Source: a virus
DNA: 64,000 nt
Strand: one strand, 5' to 3'
Virus record (IMG/VR): IMGVR_UViG_3300044701_001468
Below the pieces are notes generated by a model. It saw nothing but the letters and a program-made list of their open reading frames with translations, was not told the DNA's origin and did not search any database. Positions 33,076-42,128 of the stretch are shown one piece after another. The position numbers were made by a program, and so were the translations under genes. Within the stretch, counting starts at the first letter, position 1; the number at the start of each line of letters is the position of its first letter.

Positions 33076-33747
33076 TCAATCAAAAATACGACCCCAACCA
33101 TCGTTGCCACCTGGGCACCAGCGATGCTTGAGAACTGCTTTGGTATAAATGGTCTTCTTACCATTTGTTACTGGACCAGTATAGTTATCGTTGAGTGAAC
33201 CATATGGGTCATTAACATAATATCCTTTGCCATCTGGTGTCTTACCAATGACTACACACATGTGACCACCAGTAGGAGCAGATAAAGAACCCCTATGGAG
33301 GATACCAATAACAACAGGTTTCCCAGCATCAAGGCTACGATCAATGTCAGCAAAAGAAAGATTATAACTAAAGTGAGACTTAACGCCATAACCTGCGAGA
33401 ACTTTCGTCTGTACCGCATGGTCAGTCGTGTCGCCAATCGCAAATACTTTTTTGACATACTCATCATCACCTTTGATGCTTCCTGGTTTGAGGAATGCAA
33501 GACACATAGCACATGACGAAGAGTTGCAAGTTCTATGTGCATCTCTATAGTTATCTACTTGATTAAAATATGGAACAGCAAGAACTGCAGGAGTTGGTGG
33601 TTTGGTCCTGAACATCCCAATCCATTCTGTTTCCGAGTCGTCTAAAAATTGAGCAGGTAGGTTATCCTCTAACCATTGAACTGCTGCTATATGATTATCA
33701 TTATTCTCATCATAAAATTTAAAAAAGTTATGAAGGTCTAGCGTCAT
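33076..33747 (-). CDS. C39-like cysteine peptidase
   Basis: VPYFNQ..CNSSSCAM, GGHMCVVIG, VNDPYG. Confidence 0.88.
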   Translation of the reverse strand: MTLDLHNFFKFYDENNDNHIAAVQWLEDNLPAQFLDDSETEWIGMFRTKPPTPAVLAVPYFNQVDNYRDAHRTCNSSSCAMCLAFLKPGSIKGDDEYVKKVFAIGDTTDHAVQTKVLAGYGVKSHFSYNLSFADIDRSLDAGKPVVIGILHRGSLSAPTGGHMCVVIGKTPDGKGYYVNDPYGSLNDNYTGPVTNGKKTIYTKAVLKHRWCPGGNDGWGRIFD

Positions 33748-34081
33748 TTTTGTCTCCGAATAAACGTATGAAGTACTCTGCGTCAACCACTGCTAGCGGT
33801 TTTTTTCCATTCTTTTTAATAACAACGAGAGGTTCATAGTCACCCGAGTTGGCAGATGCTTGCTCATAAGCATCCCATATATTTAGCTTCTCCACGTTTT
33901 TACATTCAATGCTGTGAGGGAACTTTAACCTAGCAGCACGAGCCATTATGAGATCCTCACCACCCGCTCCCATGCTACGGGATTCGATATCTTCTGGATG
34001 AACTTCAAGCATCTCAATAAGTTTATCTCTCACCCACTGTTGCAGACGGCGACCTTTCGCTTTCGCTGAACTTGGATTCAT
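33728..34081 (-). CDS. Putative Holliday-junction-resolvase-like nuclease
   Basis: SAKAKGR..QQWV, GEDL, IECKN. Confidence 0.75.
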   Translation of the reverse strand: MNPSSAKAKGRRLQQWVRDKLIEMLEVHPEDIESRSMGAGGEDLIMARAARLKFPHSIECKNVEKLNIWDAYEQASANSGDYEPLVVIKKNGKKPLAVVDAEYFIRLFGDKNDARPS

Positions 34082-34084
34082 AAT

Positions 34085-34113
34085 AAAAAACCTCCATGAT
34101 GGAGGTATTTATC
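34085..34113 (-). terminator. Terminator after nrdB overlapped by a late-like promoter
   Basis: GATAAATA immediately followed by ACCTCC-ATCAT-GGAGGT-TTTTT. Confidence 0.7.
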
Positions 34114-34246
34114 TATTCAGTTGAACCAGGGGTCTGGAATTTTTCCATTAGAATCTTTAGTATCCACCTTTGTTGGTGGTTTAGATTCTCTATGTTTTGC
34201 TCCTGCTCCCTGAGTTTCTTTTGTATCTTTTCTATTTTTTTCTTTT

Positions 34247-35431
34247 TCAAAGTTTAAAACCAGCGAAAGTATCTTTCGTAACGTCTTGTTTAATACCGCC
34301 AATGACATAACTCTCAACCTCTGTTTCTTGTGGGGCAACTTGTAGACCCTTAGATGATAACCAGTGCTGAGTCCAAGGCAGTGGATTGTTTGACATAGGA
34401 GTATCAAACACAGGCTTCAAACCAATCGCTCGCATACGACGATTGGCAATATACTCAACATAAGAGTTGAGAAGTTTATCATTCAATCCAATGATGCTAC
34501 CATCTTTGAATAGATACTGCGCCCACGCTTTCTCTTCATCTACCGTCTTTTTAAATTGCTCAATAACCCACTGCTCTTCTTCTTTAGCGATTGTAACGAT
34601 GTCTGGGTCATCTCCATCATGCCACTTATTGATAATGTTTTGCGTAAGGACAAGATGTTGGCTTTCGTCTCTGGCGATGAGAGAGATAATTTTAGCGGAT
34701 CCCTCCATAAGTTTAAGTTCACCAAAAGCGAATGAACATGCGAACGAAACATAGAACCTAATCCCCTCTAAGATGTTTACATTAATAACAGCACGATAGA
34801 GCTTGCGCTTCAGTTCATAGAGAGTTTCTTTAGCAGCATCGACTCCTTCAAGTTGATGTTGCCACTGGTTACCAGATGAATACTCTTGTGCAGCACGGAT
34901 GAAATCATCGTATGCTTCTGTTACACTCTTTGCTCGCTCTAGGATATTCTGGTCATCAAGGATAGTATCAAATACTTCCGATGGATCAGAATAGATATTC
35001 TTAATAATATATGTATACGAACGAGAGTGAATCATCTCCATTGTCTGCCAAATAGACATACATGCTTCTAGTTCGGGTAGAGAGCAGTAAGGAGAAAATG
35101 CCATACCAGGAGCACGACCTTGCACAGAGTCAAGCATAATCTGATACTTCAGATTAGCAGTATAGATATGTTTTTGCTCTGGGCGAAGAGTCATATAATC
35201 CCCTCTATCTTTGGAGAGGGAGACCTCTTCAGGTCTCCAGAAGTATCCTAGTTGCTGCTGAGTTAGCTTATCAAAGATAGGATACTTGTAGGTATCATAT
35301 CTCTGCACACCAAGAGGAGCACCAAAAAACATTGGTTGTTTTTTGAGATCAACATGTTCCGAATTAAAAACGGTCATACCTTCAATCTCAGTTGATGGCA
35401 ATTCGTTGAGTTTAAATTTTGCAACTGTCAC
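34247..35431 (-). CDS. nrdB: Ribonucleotide reductase class Ia beta subunit
   Basis: FWRPEEV, EMIHSRSY, EGIRFY, RDESQH, PQETE. Confidence 0.98.
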   Translation of the reverse strand: MTVAKFKLNELPSTEIEGMTVFNSEHVDLKKQPMFFGAPLGVQRYDTYKYPIFDKLTQQQLGYFWRPEEVSLSKDRGDYMTLRPEQKHIYTANLKYQIMLDSVQGRAPGMAFSPYCSLPELEACMSIWQTMEMIHSRSYTYIIKNIYSDPSEVFDTILDDQNILERAKSVTEAYDDFIRAAQEYSSGNQWQHQLEGVDAAKETLYELKRKLYRAVINVNILEGIRFYVSFACSFAFGELKLMEGSAKIISLIARDESQHLVLTQNIINKWHDGDDPDIVTIAKEEEQWVIEQFKKTVDEEKAWAQYLFKDGSIIGLNDKLLNSYVEYIANRRMRAIGLKPVFDTPMSNNPLPWTQHWLSSKGLQVAPQETEVESYVIGGIKQDVTKDTFAGFKL

Positions 35432-37724
35432 AATCTTCTTCCTCCTGTACGTTTTCTAAAATTGAATTGAGTAAATTTTCTACTTCTTTTTTCTTCTCAT
35501 CGTCATCAGCATCTTTCTTAGCATCATATGTATTTTGATAATAAGATGTCTTCCAACCAAGTTTATAAGTAGTAAGAAGATCTTGTGCCATTACTGAAAC
35601 AGGAACTTCATTATTCTCGTAATGCTCTGGATTATATGACCAGTTTCCAGAAATCGCTTGATCGAAGAATTTTTGCATAACAGCAACAATATTAATATAA
35701 CCAGTATTCCCAGACATATCCCAAAGCAACGTATAGTTGTTTTTAAGAGTTGTATACTGGGGAACAATCTGTTTGAGAACTCCCTTCTTCGATTTCTTAA
35801 CGGACAAGTAAGCTCTAGGTGGTTCAATTCCATTTGTTTCATTTGACACAACGGAACTGCTCTCCGATGGCATCTGTGCGGACAATGTTGAGTTCCTAAG
35901 TCCGTTTTCCAAGATAGATACCCTAAGAGATTCCCAGTCATAGTTAAGGTTATTAGGTACGATTTGATCTACATCTTTTTTATAAGTATCGATAGGAAGA
36001 ATACCTTCAGCATACTTAGTGCGATCAAAGTAACCACACTTTCCTTTCTCTTTTGCTAGTTGGTTAGATGATTTCAGTAGATAATATTGGAATGCTTCGG
36101 TGAGATCATGAACCAGTTTCCATGCCATAGGATCATCGTAGTGCTCGCCATGGCGAGCAAGATAGTGTGCAAGACCGATATAACCAATACCAAGCGAACG
36201 ACGATTCTGAGTAGAGATTCGTGCTGCCTCAATTGGATAACCCTGATAGTCAATCAGTTCATCCAAAGCACGAACAGAAAGATCACAAAGTTCTTCCATT
36301 TCTTCTAGGTGCTTGATCTTACCTACATTAACAGCAGAAAGAATACACAGAGCAATCTCACCATTAGGGTCATCGATATGCTGAAGTGGTTTAGTGGGAA
36401 GTGTAATCTCTTGGCATAGGTTACTCATCCAAACCTTATCTTTAAAGGAAGAGTGCTCATTGCAGTGGTCAATATTCATGATGTAGATACGACCAGTCTC
36501 TGCTCTCTCTTTTAGGAGTGAAAGAAATAGTTCTTGAGCGCCAATAGTTTTTCTTGGAATAGAAGCATCTCGTTCGTAAACGCCATACAACTCGTCAAAA
36601 CCAGGAAGCCCAAAAGCATCTGAAAGACCAGGCACGTCATGTGGCGAGAAGAGAGAGATGGTGGTGTTGTTAATGAATCGTTCATAGAACAATTTACTGA
36701 TTTGAATGCTGTAGTCTAACTTACGAACTCGATTATCCTCAGTTCCTTTGTTATTTTTTAATACTAGAATGTCTTCGATTTCTCGGTGCCAGATTGGGAA
36801 GTGTACTGTCGCGGATCCACCTCGTATGCCATTTTGCGTACAACATCTGACAGTCGCTTCAAACTTCTTGAGAAACGGTATAACGCCAGTGTGTGCAACT
36901 TCTCCCCCTCTAATTTTGCTGTTGAGAGCACGGATGCGACCTGCGTTGATGCCGATTCCTGCGCGTTGAGCAACATAGCGACCAATAGCCATGTCACTGC
37001 TAAAGATGCTATCGAGGGTGTCATCACTATCAACAAGAACACAGCTCGCAAATTGTCGAAGTGGAGTTCTAACCCCCGCCAGGATAGGTGTGGGAACGTT
37101 GATTTTGTGTTTGCTGATTGCGTCATAATACCTCTTTACATATGACAGACGAGTTGCCTTAGGATACTCAGCAAAGATGGTTGCTGAAACTAACATGTAA
37201 GCGTATTGTGGAGTTTCAAAAACACTACCACTGCTTCTATCTTGTACCAGATACTTGTCAACTACTTGTCTAAGACCAGCATAAGTAAACAAGTAGTCAC
37301 GCCCATGATCAACCCAAGAACTAATCTTATTCCATTCTTCATCGGAATATTTAGAAGGCAGTTCTTGGTCGTAGATACCTTTGGTAACACCTTCACACAA
37401 ATGTGCTGCTACCGATGGAAAGCCGTTCTTCCAACTATCTCCAAAGACTTGCTTATATAGAGAGAACAGAAGGAGACGAGCAGCAACAAACTGATAGTTT
37501 GGAGACTCCAAATCAATAAGGTCACTAGCTGACCTAATAAGGATTTCTTGGATTTCTTGTGTTGTGATGCCATCGTAAAATTGAATACCCGATTGGATTT
37601 CTACTTGCGATGGTGACACACCAGAAAGACCATCACACGCACATTCTACCATCAGATGAATCTTGTCAAGGTTAAGAGATTCCAAAGATCCATCACGCTT
37701 TTTAACTTTGGTGCCGTTACTCAT
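35412..37724 (-). CDS. nrdA: Ribonucleotide reductase class Ia alpha subunit
   Basis: ATP cone, PTPILAG, SNLCQEI, TSYYQ; no intron or intein. Confidence 0.98.
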   Translation of the reverse strand: MSNGTKVKKRDGSLESLNLDKIHLMVECACDGLSGVSPSQVEIQSGIQFYDGITTQEIQEILIRSASDLIDLESPNYQFVAARLLLFSLYKQVFGDSWKNGFPSVAAHLCEGVTKGIYDQELPSKYSDEEWNKISSWVDHGRDYLFTYAGLRQVVDKYLVQDRSSGSVFETPQYAYMLVSATIFAEYPKATRLSYVKRYYDAISKHKINVPTPILAGVRTPLRQFASCVLVDSDDTLDSIFSSDMAIGRYVAQRAGIGINAGRIRALNSKIRGGEVAHTGVIPFLKKFEATVRCCTQNGIRGGSATVHFPIWHREIEDILVLKNNKGTEDNRVRKLDYSIQISKLFYERFINNTTISLFSPHDVPGLSDAFGLPGFDELYGVYERDASIPRKTIGAQELFLSLLKERAETGRIYIMNIDHCNEHSSFKDKVWMSNLCQEITLPTKPLQHIDDPNGEIALCILSAVNVGKIKHLEEMEELCDLSVRALDELIDYQGYPIEAARISTQNRRSLGIGYIGLAHYLARHGEHYDDPMAWKLVHDLTEAFQYYLLKSSNQLAKEKGKCGYFDRTKYAEGILPIDTYKKDVDQIVPNNLNYDWESLRVSILENGLRNSTLSAQMPSESSSVVSNETNGIEPPRAYLSVKKSKKGVLKQIVPQYTTLKNNYTLLWDMSGNTGYINIVAVMQKFFDQAISGNWSYNPEHYENNEVPVSVMAQDLLTTYKLGWKTSYYQNTYDAKKDADDDEKKKEVENLLNSILENVQEEEDCDSCKI

Positions 37725-38707
37725 ATTTTTTTCCAGTCGTTAAGTTTAACTTTTGCTTCTAAACCATTGTAGGTGTTACATTCTACCATACTTTGAACTT
37801 CATGTCCAGCGAGAATCATATCATTGATATCCTTTTCTCTTACTGATGATGGCCAAATGACAACACTTTCTCCCTGGGCGATACACTTTTCATATCGCTG
37901 AACAATTTGTTTGTTTCTGGGTTCGTTGTCGTAAACAAATGTACGAGTAGGGTAATGTACCCTGTCAAGTACAACATCAGCACCACACATTGCCAGTCCG
38001 TTAGACAAGAAAAGAGAGTCGAACGGACCCTCTGTGATGTAAATATTTTCATTAACATCTATACGATCAAGTCCAAATAGTTTAGGATATTCCTTATCCA
38101 GGATGGTAGTGATATAACGTAAGCTTGAATTTTTATTAAGGGATCGCCCTTGATACCCAAACACTTTCCCATCAGATGATACAAGTGGGAGGATGATTCT
38201 TCCTTCTTTAATTTGATTGTCGTTCTTTTCCCAAGCATTGAAATGATCTGCGTAATAGAAGGTTGAGAAATATTTCTCTGGTATCTTGCGGGCGAGCAGA
38301 TATTGCTTTGCTGGATGTGTATTATTTAGCGATTCGATAGTTGGCAGTTCACTAAAAATGTTCTTCTTGAACACTGGTTTGGTGACAAATGGTTTGAGAT
38401 CAGGAGTCTTCACCTGATAGTTCTTACCAGTCATGCCTTCCTTATAACGCTCCATGACATACTCATCATGAAGGTTAATGTTTTGATCTTTTAGAAACTG
38501 CGAGAAATTTCTAGTTACACCACAATTATGGCACTTGAAAACAAAACTATCTCTCATAGAAAAGAGATAGCCCCGTGCTTTATTCTGCTTCTTCTCAGAG
38601 TCACCACAATAAGGGCAACGAAAGTTGTAAGTTCCTTTCTTTTTCTGGGTGAATTTGAGAAGTTGTGTAGAGACCAAACCAATATATTTGGTATCAATAT
38701 AACTCAT
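37721..38707 (-). CDS. DNA primase (gp61)
   Basis: CPYCGDS Zn finger, EGPFDSLF, YDNEPRN. Confidence 0.95.
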   Translation of the reverse strand: MSYIDTKYIGLVSTQLLKFTQKKKGTYNFRCPYCGDSEKKQNKARGYLFSMRDSFVFKCHNCGVTRNFSQFLKDQNINLHDEYVMERYKEGMTGKNYQVKTPDLKPFVTKPVFKKNIFSELPTIESLNNTHPAKQYLLARKIPEKYFSTFYYADHFNAWEKNDNQIKEGRIILPLVSSDGKVFGYQGRSLNKNSSLRYITTILDKEYPKLFGLDRIDVNENIYITEGPFDSLFLSNGLAMCGADVVLDRVHYPTRTFVYDNEPRNKQIVQRYEKCIAQGESVVIWPSSVREKDINDMILAGHEVQSMVECNTYNGLEAKVKLNDWKKI

Positions 38708-39105
38708 TTTGTAAGGGGGGTCGCTGCTCCTCCTAGATTAGCACCACTGACGCCAGTTGTCAACAGGTTTCCAAAAAATGCCGCTGATCCTATGACTAGG
38801 GTGGCAGCGCCAACGACACCCATTGTAGCCCATCTAAACTTCGAAAGTTCTTCTACTTTCTTTTCAAGCGTAGTTAATTTTTCTTTAACATCTTTAATCA
38901 ACTCTAACAAAGCATAATGAGCTTTGTCAGTCTGTTCTATTTTATTTTCATGCCTTTCAAGAATGAGAGCAACGTTTTGGTTGCTCTCACTAATCTTGTC
39001 AACTGCCCTTTCAAGTTTGTCAAGCATCTCTTTCGAGAGATCTTCATAGATAGAAAATTTTGCTTCTAAAACTGATAGTTCAGTTTTACCAAATCCGAAA
39101 GCCAT
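38704..39105 (-). CDS. Coiled-coil protein with C-terminal TM
   Basis: 133 aa; conserved position upstream of gp61. Confidence 0.7.
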   Translation of the reverse strand: MAFGFGKTELSVLEAKFSIYEDLSKEMLDKLERAVDKISESNQNVALILERHENKIEQTDKAHYALLELIKDVKEKLTTLEKKVEELSKFRWATMGVVGAATLVIGSAAFFGNLLTTGVSGANLGGAATPLTK

Positions 39106-39117
39106 GATTCCTCGCTA

Positions 39118-39933
39118 TCAGTATGAGCCAGGAATATTACGAATAGCAAAGTCAAGTGCCTTTTGATATGAACTATTGCTCATGTTTAGCATCACACGGA
39201 ACTTGTCTCTGTTCTCTGCGGATAGATTTTCGTATGTAGCAAGGATTCTCTTGGCATCAAATACACCAATTCTTCCTGCCGTACCATCATTGAAAACTAA
39301 ATTTGCAAATGATGTTTCTGGATCTCTACCATATGCCGAACCTTCTTCAGCAACTTTCATGGCAGTGGTAAATACATCAACGCCACCAGCAGAACCACCA
39401 CGAGGAATTGCACCAGTCACAGGACTTTTATTCCAATCCATAGTATCCATCTCCGAAATTACATTACCCTGTGGGTCATATGAGTTTTTATGAACTTGCT
39501 TATCTGCTTTTTGTTGCTTTTCTGCTGCTTTCTTTTTGAAATCAGACATACGAGCACGAAGCAGAGTGTTCATTTCGTCTGATTTGTCAGACATTTTTCT
39601 TTTTGCTTCGCTGCGCTTTGCTTGAAGATCGCGCTTTGCTCTCATTTCCTTAGAAGCTTTAATCTGCTTCTGTGCCTTTTCAGTATCAGATACTGCCTCA
39701 GCAATAATCTCTCTGTTGTCTTCAACCATTTTAGTTTTCCTCCTGGACATTACACGTTGGATTAATTTTCTAGCACCTTTTTTGCGACCATCAATTTTAT
39801 CTGGTTTGTCGCCTTTCCATTTTGATTTTTTCTTTTTGTTTGTATTAACAAATACAAAGGCAGGAGGAAGTGCTAGTGAAGATCCATCACCTGCCATCAT
39901 TTCATTCATAGTAGTTTTAGAAGTTTCAGACAT
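39118..39933 (-). CDS. Conserved cyanophage hypothetical protein
   Basis: 271 aa; DGRKKGAR motif. Confidence 0.7.
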   Translation of the reverse strand: MSETSKTTMNEMMAGDGSSLALPPAFVFVNTNKKKKSKWKGDKPDKIDGRKKGARKLIQRVMSRRKTKMVEDNREIIAEAVSDTEKAQKQIKASKEMRAKRDLQAKRSEAKRKMSDKSDEMNTLLRARMSDFKKKAAEKQQKADKQVHKNSYDPQGNVISEMDTMDWNKSPVTGAIPRGGSAGGVDVFTTAMKVAEEGSAYGRDPETSFANLVFNDGTAGRIGVFDAKRILATYENLSAENRDKFRVMLNMSNSSYQKALDFAIRNIPGSY

Positions 39934-40265
39934 GATTCGTCTACATCTTTTGTATCTACATCTTCTGGCAATCGATCAAGGAATACCATAAATGCTTTTA
40001 AGATTGACCAGTATTGCGATTCTATTTTATAGAATAGAAGCAGCGTTGCTGCGTCATTGAATACATTATATAGTGTAATAATATGATTGAGAATTAAGTG
40101 GTGTTTCAATTCACCAGTAGTTTCATAACGACGAAGTAATCTTTTGATATATTTGAACTTTTGTAAGTCCTCTTCGAAGTCATCATATGTAACAGACAAC
40201 GGGTTGTCATAGTTTTTAATAGCAAATAACAACCAGTTGTCTGGTGTCAACTCATGAAAAATCAT
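39906..40265 (-). CDS. Conserved T4-like hypothetical protein
   Basis: NWLLFAIKNYDNP..FKYIKRL..LILNHII. Confidence 0.8.
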   Translation of the reverse strand: MIFHELTPDNWLLFAIKNYDNPLSVTYDDFEEDLQKFKYIKRLLRRYETTGELKHHLILNHIITLYNVFNDAATLLLFYKIESQYWSILKAFMVFLDRLPEDVDTKDVDESCLKLLKLL

Positions 40266-40271
40266 ATATTA

Positions 40272-40934
40272 TCAAGCGTAGGTAATCGAAGCAGAGTTCG
40301 AAGTTACTGTTGTAGCGCCACCAGTAGAGCTGATTCTTACACGGAACTTGTAACCATCGTAGGTTGCCTTAGCAGCAGCAGTGAGTGTAAGAGTTGCACC
40401 TGTTGTTCCACTAAATGGTGCTGTATCAGTAAGATTAGTCCACTTGGTTGTCTGCGAAGCAGTTTGATACTGCCACTGATACTGAAGTGTTGCTTGACCA
40501 GCAGCAGTAACCGCAAAGGTTCCAGTGTAAGGTGTAGCAGCACCAGTAACATCAGCAGGTTGTGCTGAGATAGTGATGGCAGTTATTGTTGGTGGATCAC
40601 CCGCAAAAGCATCATCGTTAACTGATGCGCCACCAGAATAACGAGCATATGTACCATCGCCAGCATTTGCTTGAGTTTCATGTAGAACTACAAGGCACTC
40701 TGTCTTATAACGCTTAGTACCATCTGGCATTTCGATTGTGTAATACGACCACCAACCAGGAGTATCAAACCCACGTTTGATATTTTCCTCCATTTGTGCT
40801 TCTTCGATAGAAACAAATAGGACTTGTCTACCAGGAACGGTAGGTGCATTTGTTTCGAGCGAATCCATTGCGTGGTATCTATCGAACCACTTAGGCACCG
40901 AACCCGCTGCGTCTGTCTTGCCCCATAGAGCCAT
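40272..40934 (-). CDS. Virion structural protein with C-terminal Ig-like domain
   Basis: MALWGKTD; ITISAQP..YQWQ..YRVRI; exact TATAAATA at 40973-40980. Confidence 0.75.
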   Translation of the reverse strand: MALWGKTDAAGSVPKWFDRYHAMDSLETNAPTVPGRQVLFVSIEEAQMEENIKRGFDTPGWWSYYTIEMPDGTKRYKTECLVVLHETQANAGDGTYARYSGGASVNDDAFAGDPPTITAITISAQPADVTGAATPYTGTFAVTAAGQATLQYQWQYQTASQTTKWTNLTDTAPFSGTTGATLTLTAAAKATYDGYKFRVRISSTGGATTVTSNSASITYA

Positions 40935-40972
40935 AACTGTTCTCCCCTTAAAGGTTTCTTTTATCTAAAAGA

Positions 40973-41004
40973 TATTTATAAAAAAAGGGGATGCGAACAT
41001 CCCC
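40973..41004 (-). terminator. Terminator followed by a late promoter
   Basis: GGGGATG-TTCG-CATCCCC, T-run, then TATAAATA. Confidence 0.85.
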
Positions 41005-41025
41005 AGTGTATATTTAGATTTGATA

Positions 41026-41205
41026 TCAAGGGGTAAGATCTTTGCCACCCTTTGCTTTTAGTTGTCCTTGAACTTGTAAAAGAATGAGTGAAAGAATACC
41101 ATTTGATTTGACTTTTGGGTTTGCTCCAAGTGCCTCGGAAACTGCAAAAAGTACAGTTGCGATGAGTGCTTGGTTAGCAATTGCCCATGCGATTACAGCG
41201 GACAT
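41026..41205 (-). CDS. 59 aa hydrophobic, holin-like peptide
   Basis: MSAVIAWAIANQALIATVLFAVSEALGANPKVKSNGILSLILLQ...; not in ORF track. Confidence 0.65.
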   Translation of the reverse strand: MSAVIAWAIANQALIATVLFAVSEALGANPKVKSNGILSLILLQVQGQLKAKGGKDLTP

Positions 41206-41233
41206 GATAACTTCTGCTATAGGTCGCCTCTAT

Positions 41234-41848
41234 TTATGCTGCCTTCTTTGCCATTGAAGTAGCAGTTCCATACATCACTTCTTTTGCTTTATCGCCATAC
41301 TTTGATTTAAAAGAACCAAACTTCTTCTTCATTCCTTTAACAAACTTTTCTTTCTTGGCTGTCTCTGCTTTTGAAAGTTTCTTTTCTTCTAATTCAACGT
41401 GCTCGTTTGCTTGCTTTTTCTTTTCCTTCTTCTTCAAATCGTCCTGACTCTTAGGTGGTTCTGGATCGTTTGGAGTATCAACATTAGGCATGACTTCAAT
41501 TTCTACCTTCTTTCCTTCAGCAACTTCTGCTGCCTTCTCCCACATTTCCTTAACCGACTTCTTACCTTTTCTGGCACGAAGTAAAGCAAAGTCATGAGCA
41601 TCTACTTTACCATTTTTGTTGGCATCAATCTTTTCTTGATTGCCAGGCATGTCTTTTCTTTCTTCGATGTGCTCAATCTCTTCAGACTTCACACACTTGT
41701 CTTTACCATTCTCAGTGCCAGCATACTTGTAACCTTTCCAGCAAGCTTTGCCATCGGCACCTTGCTCTTTGCCTTCTTTGTTTTTGCCTTCATCCAATTT
41801 GGCAACTGCTCGTTCAATGAGATGTTTAGAAAATTCGTCAATTGTCAT
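41234..41848 (-). CDS. Late protein with EF-hand-like motif
   Basis: IDANKNGKVDAHDF; TATAAATA at 41870-41877. Confidence 0.7.
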   Translation of the reverse strand: MTIDEFSKHLIERAVAKLDEGKNKEGKEQGADGKACWKGYKYAGTENGKDKCVKSEEIEHIEERKDMPGNQEKIDANKNGKVDAHDFALLRARKGKKSVKEMWEKAAEVAEGKKVEIEVMPNVDTPNDPEPPKSQDDLKKKEKKKQANEHVELEEKKLSKAETAKKEKFVKGMKKKFGSFKSKYGDKAKEVMYGTATSMAKKAA

Positions 41849-42128
41849 TGGTCTTTTTTCTTTTATTTTTATTTATAAAAGTCTTGATGGTATCCTTGGC
41901 AGTTGTTTTTTTGGGGGTTTCGCATCCACAATGTTCTTTGATATCCTTCACCCATGCACGAAACATTTTGCCTTCATTAGTTACAGCAATCACATAGTTA
42001 ACACCACGTCTATGAATCTTTCCCACTTCACCTAGATTATTTTCTACCCAATCACCCTCAGCAAATACATTGCCGAGCATGTAGGATTTTTGTTTTGATT
42101 GTGCCAGTAGTTCTTTAAGTGATTTCAT
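41838..42128 (-). CDS. Conserved hypothetical protein
   Basis: GKIHRRGVNYVI..FRAWVKDI. Confidence 0.75.
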   Translation of the reverse strand: MKSLKELLAQSKQKSYMLGNVFAEGDWVENNLGEVGKIHRRGVNYVIAVTNEGKMFRAWVKDIKEHCGCETPKKTTAKDTIKTFINKNKRKKTNDN

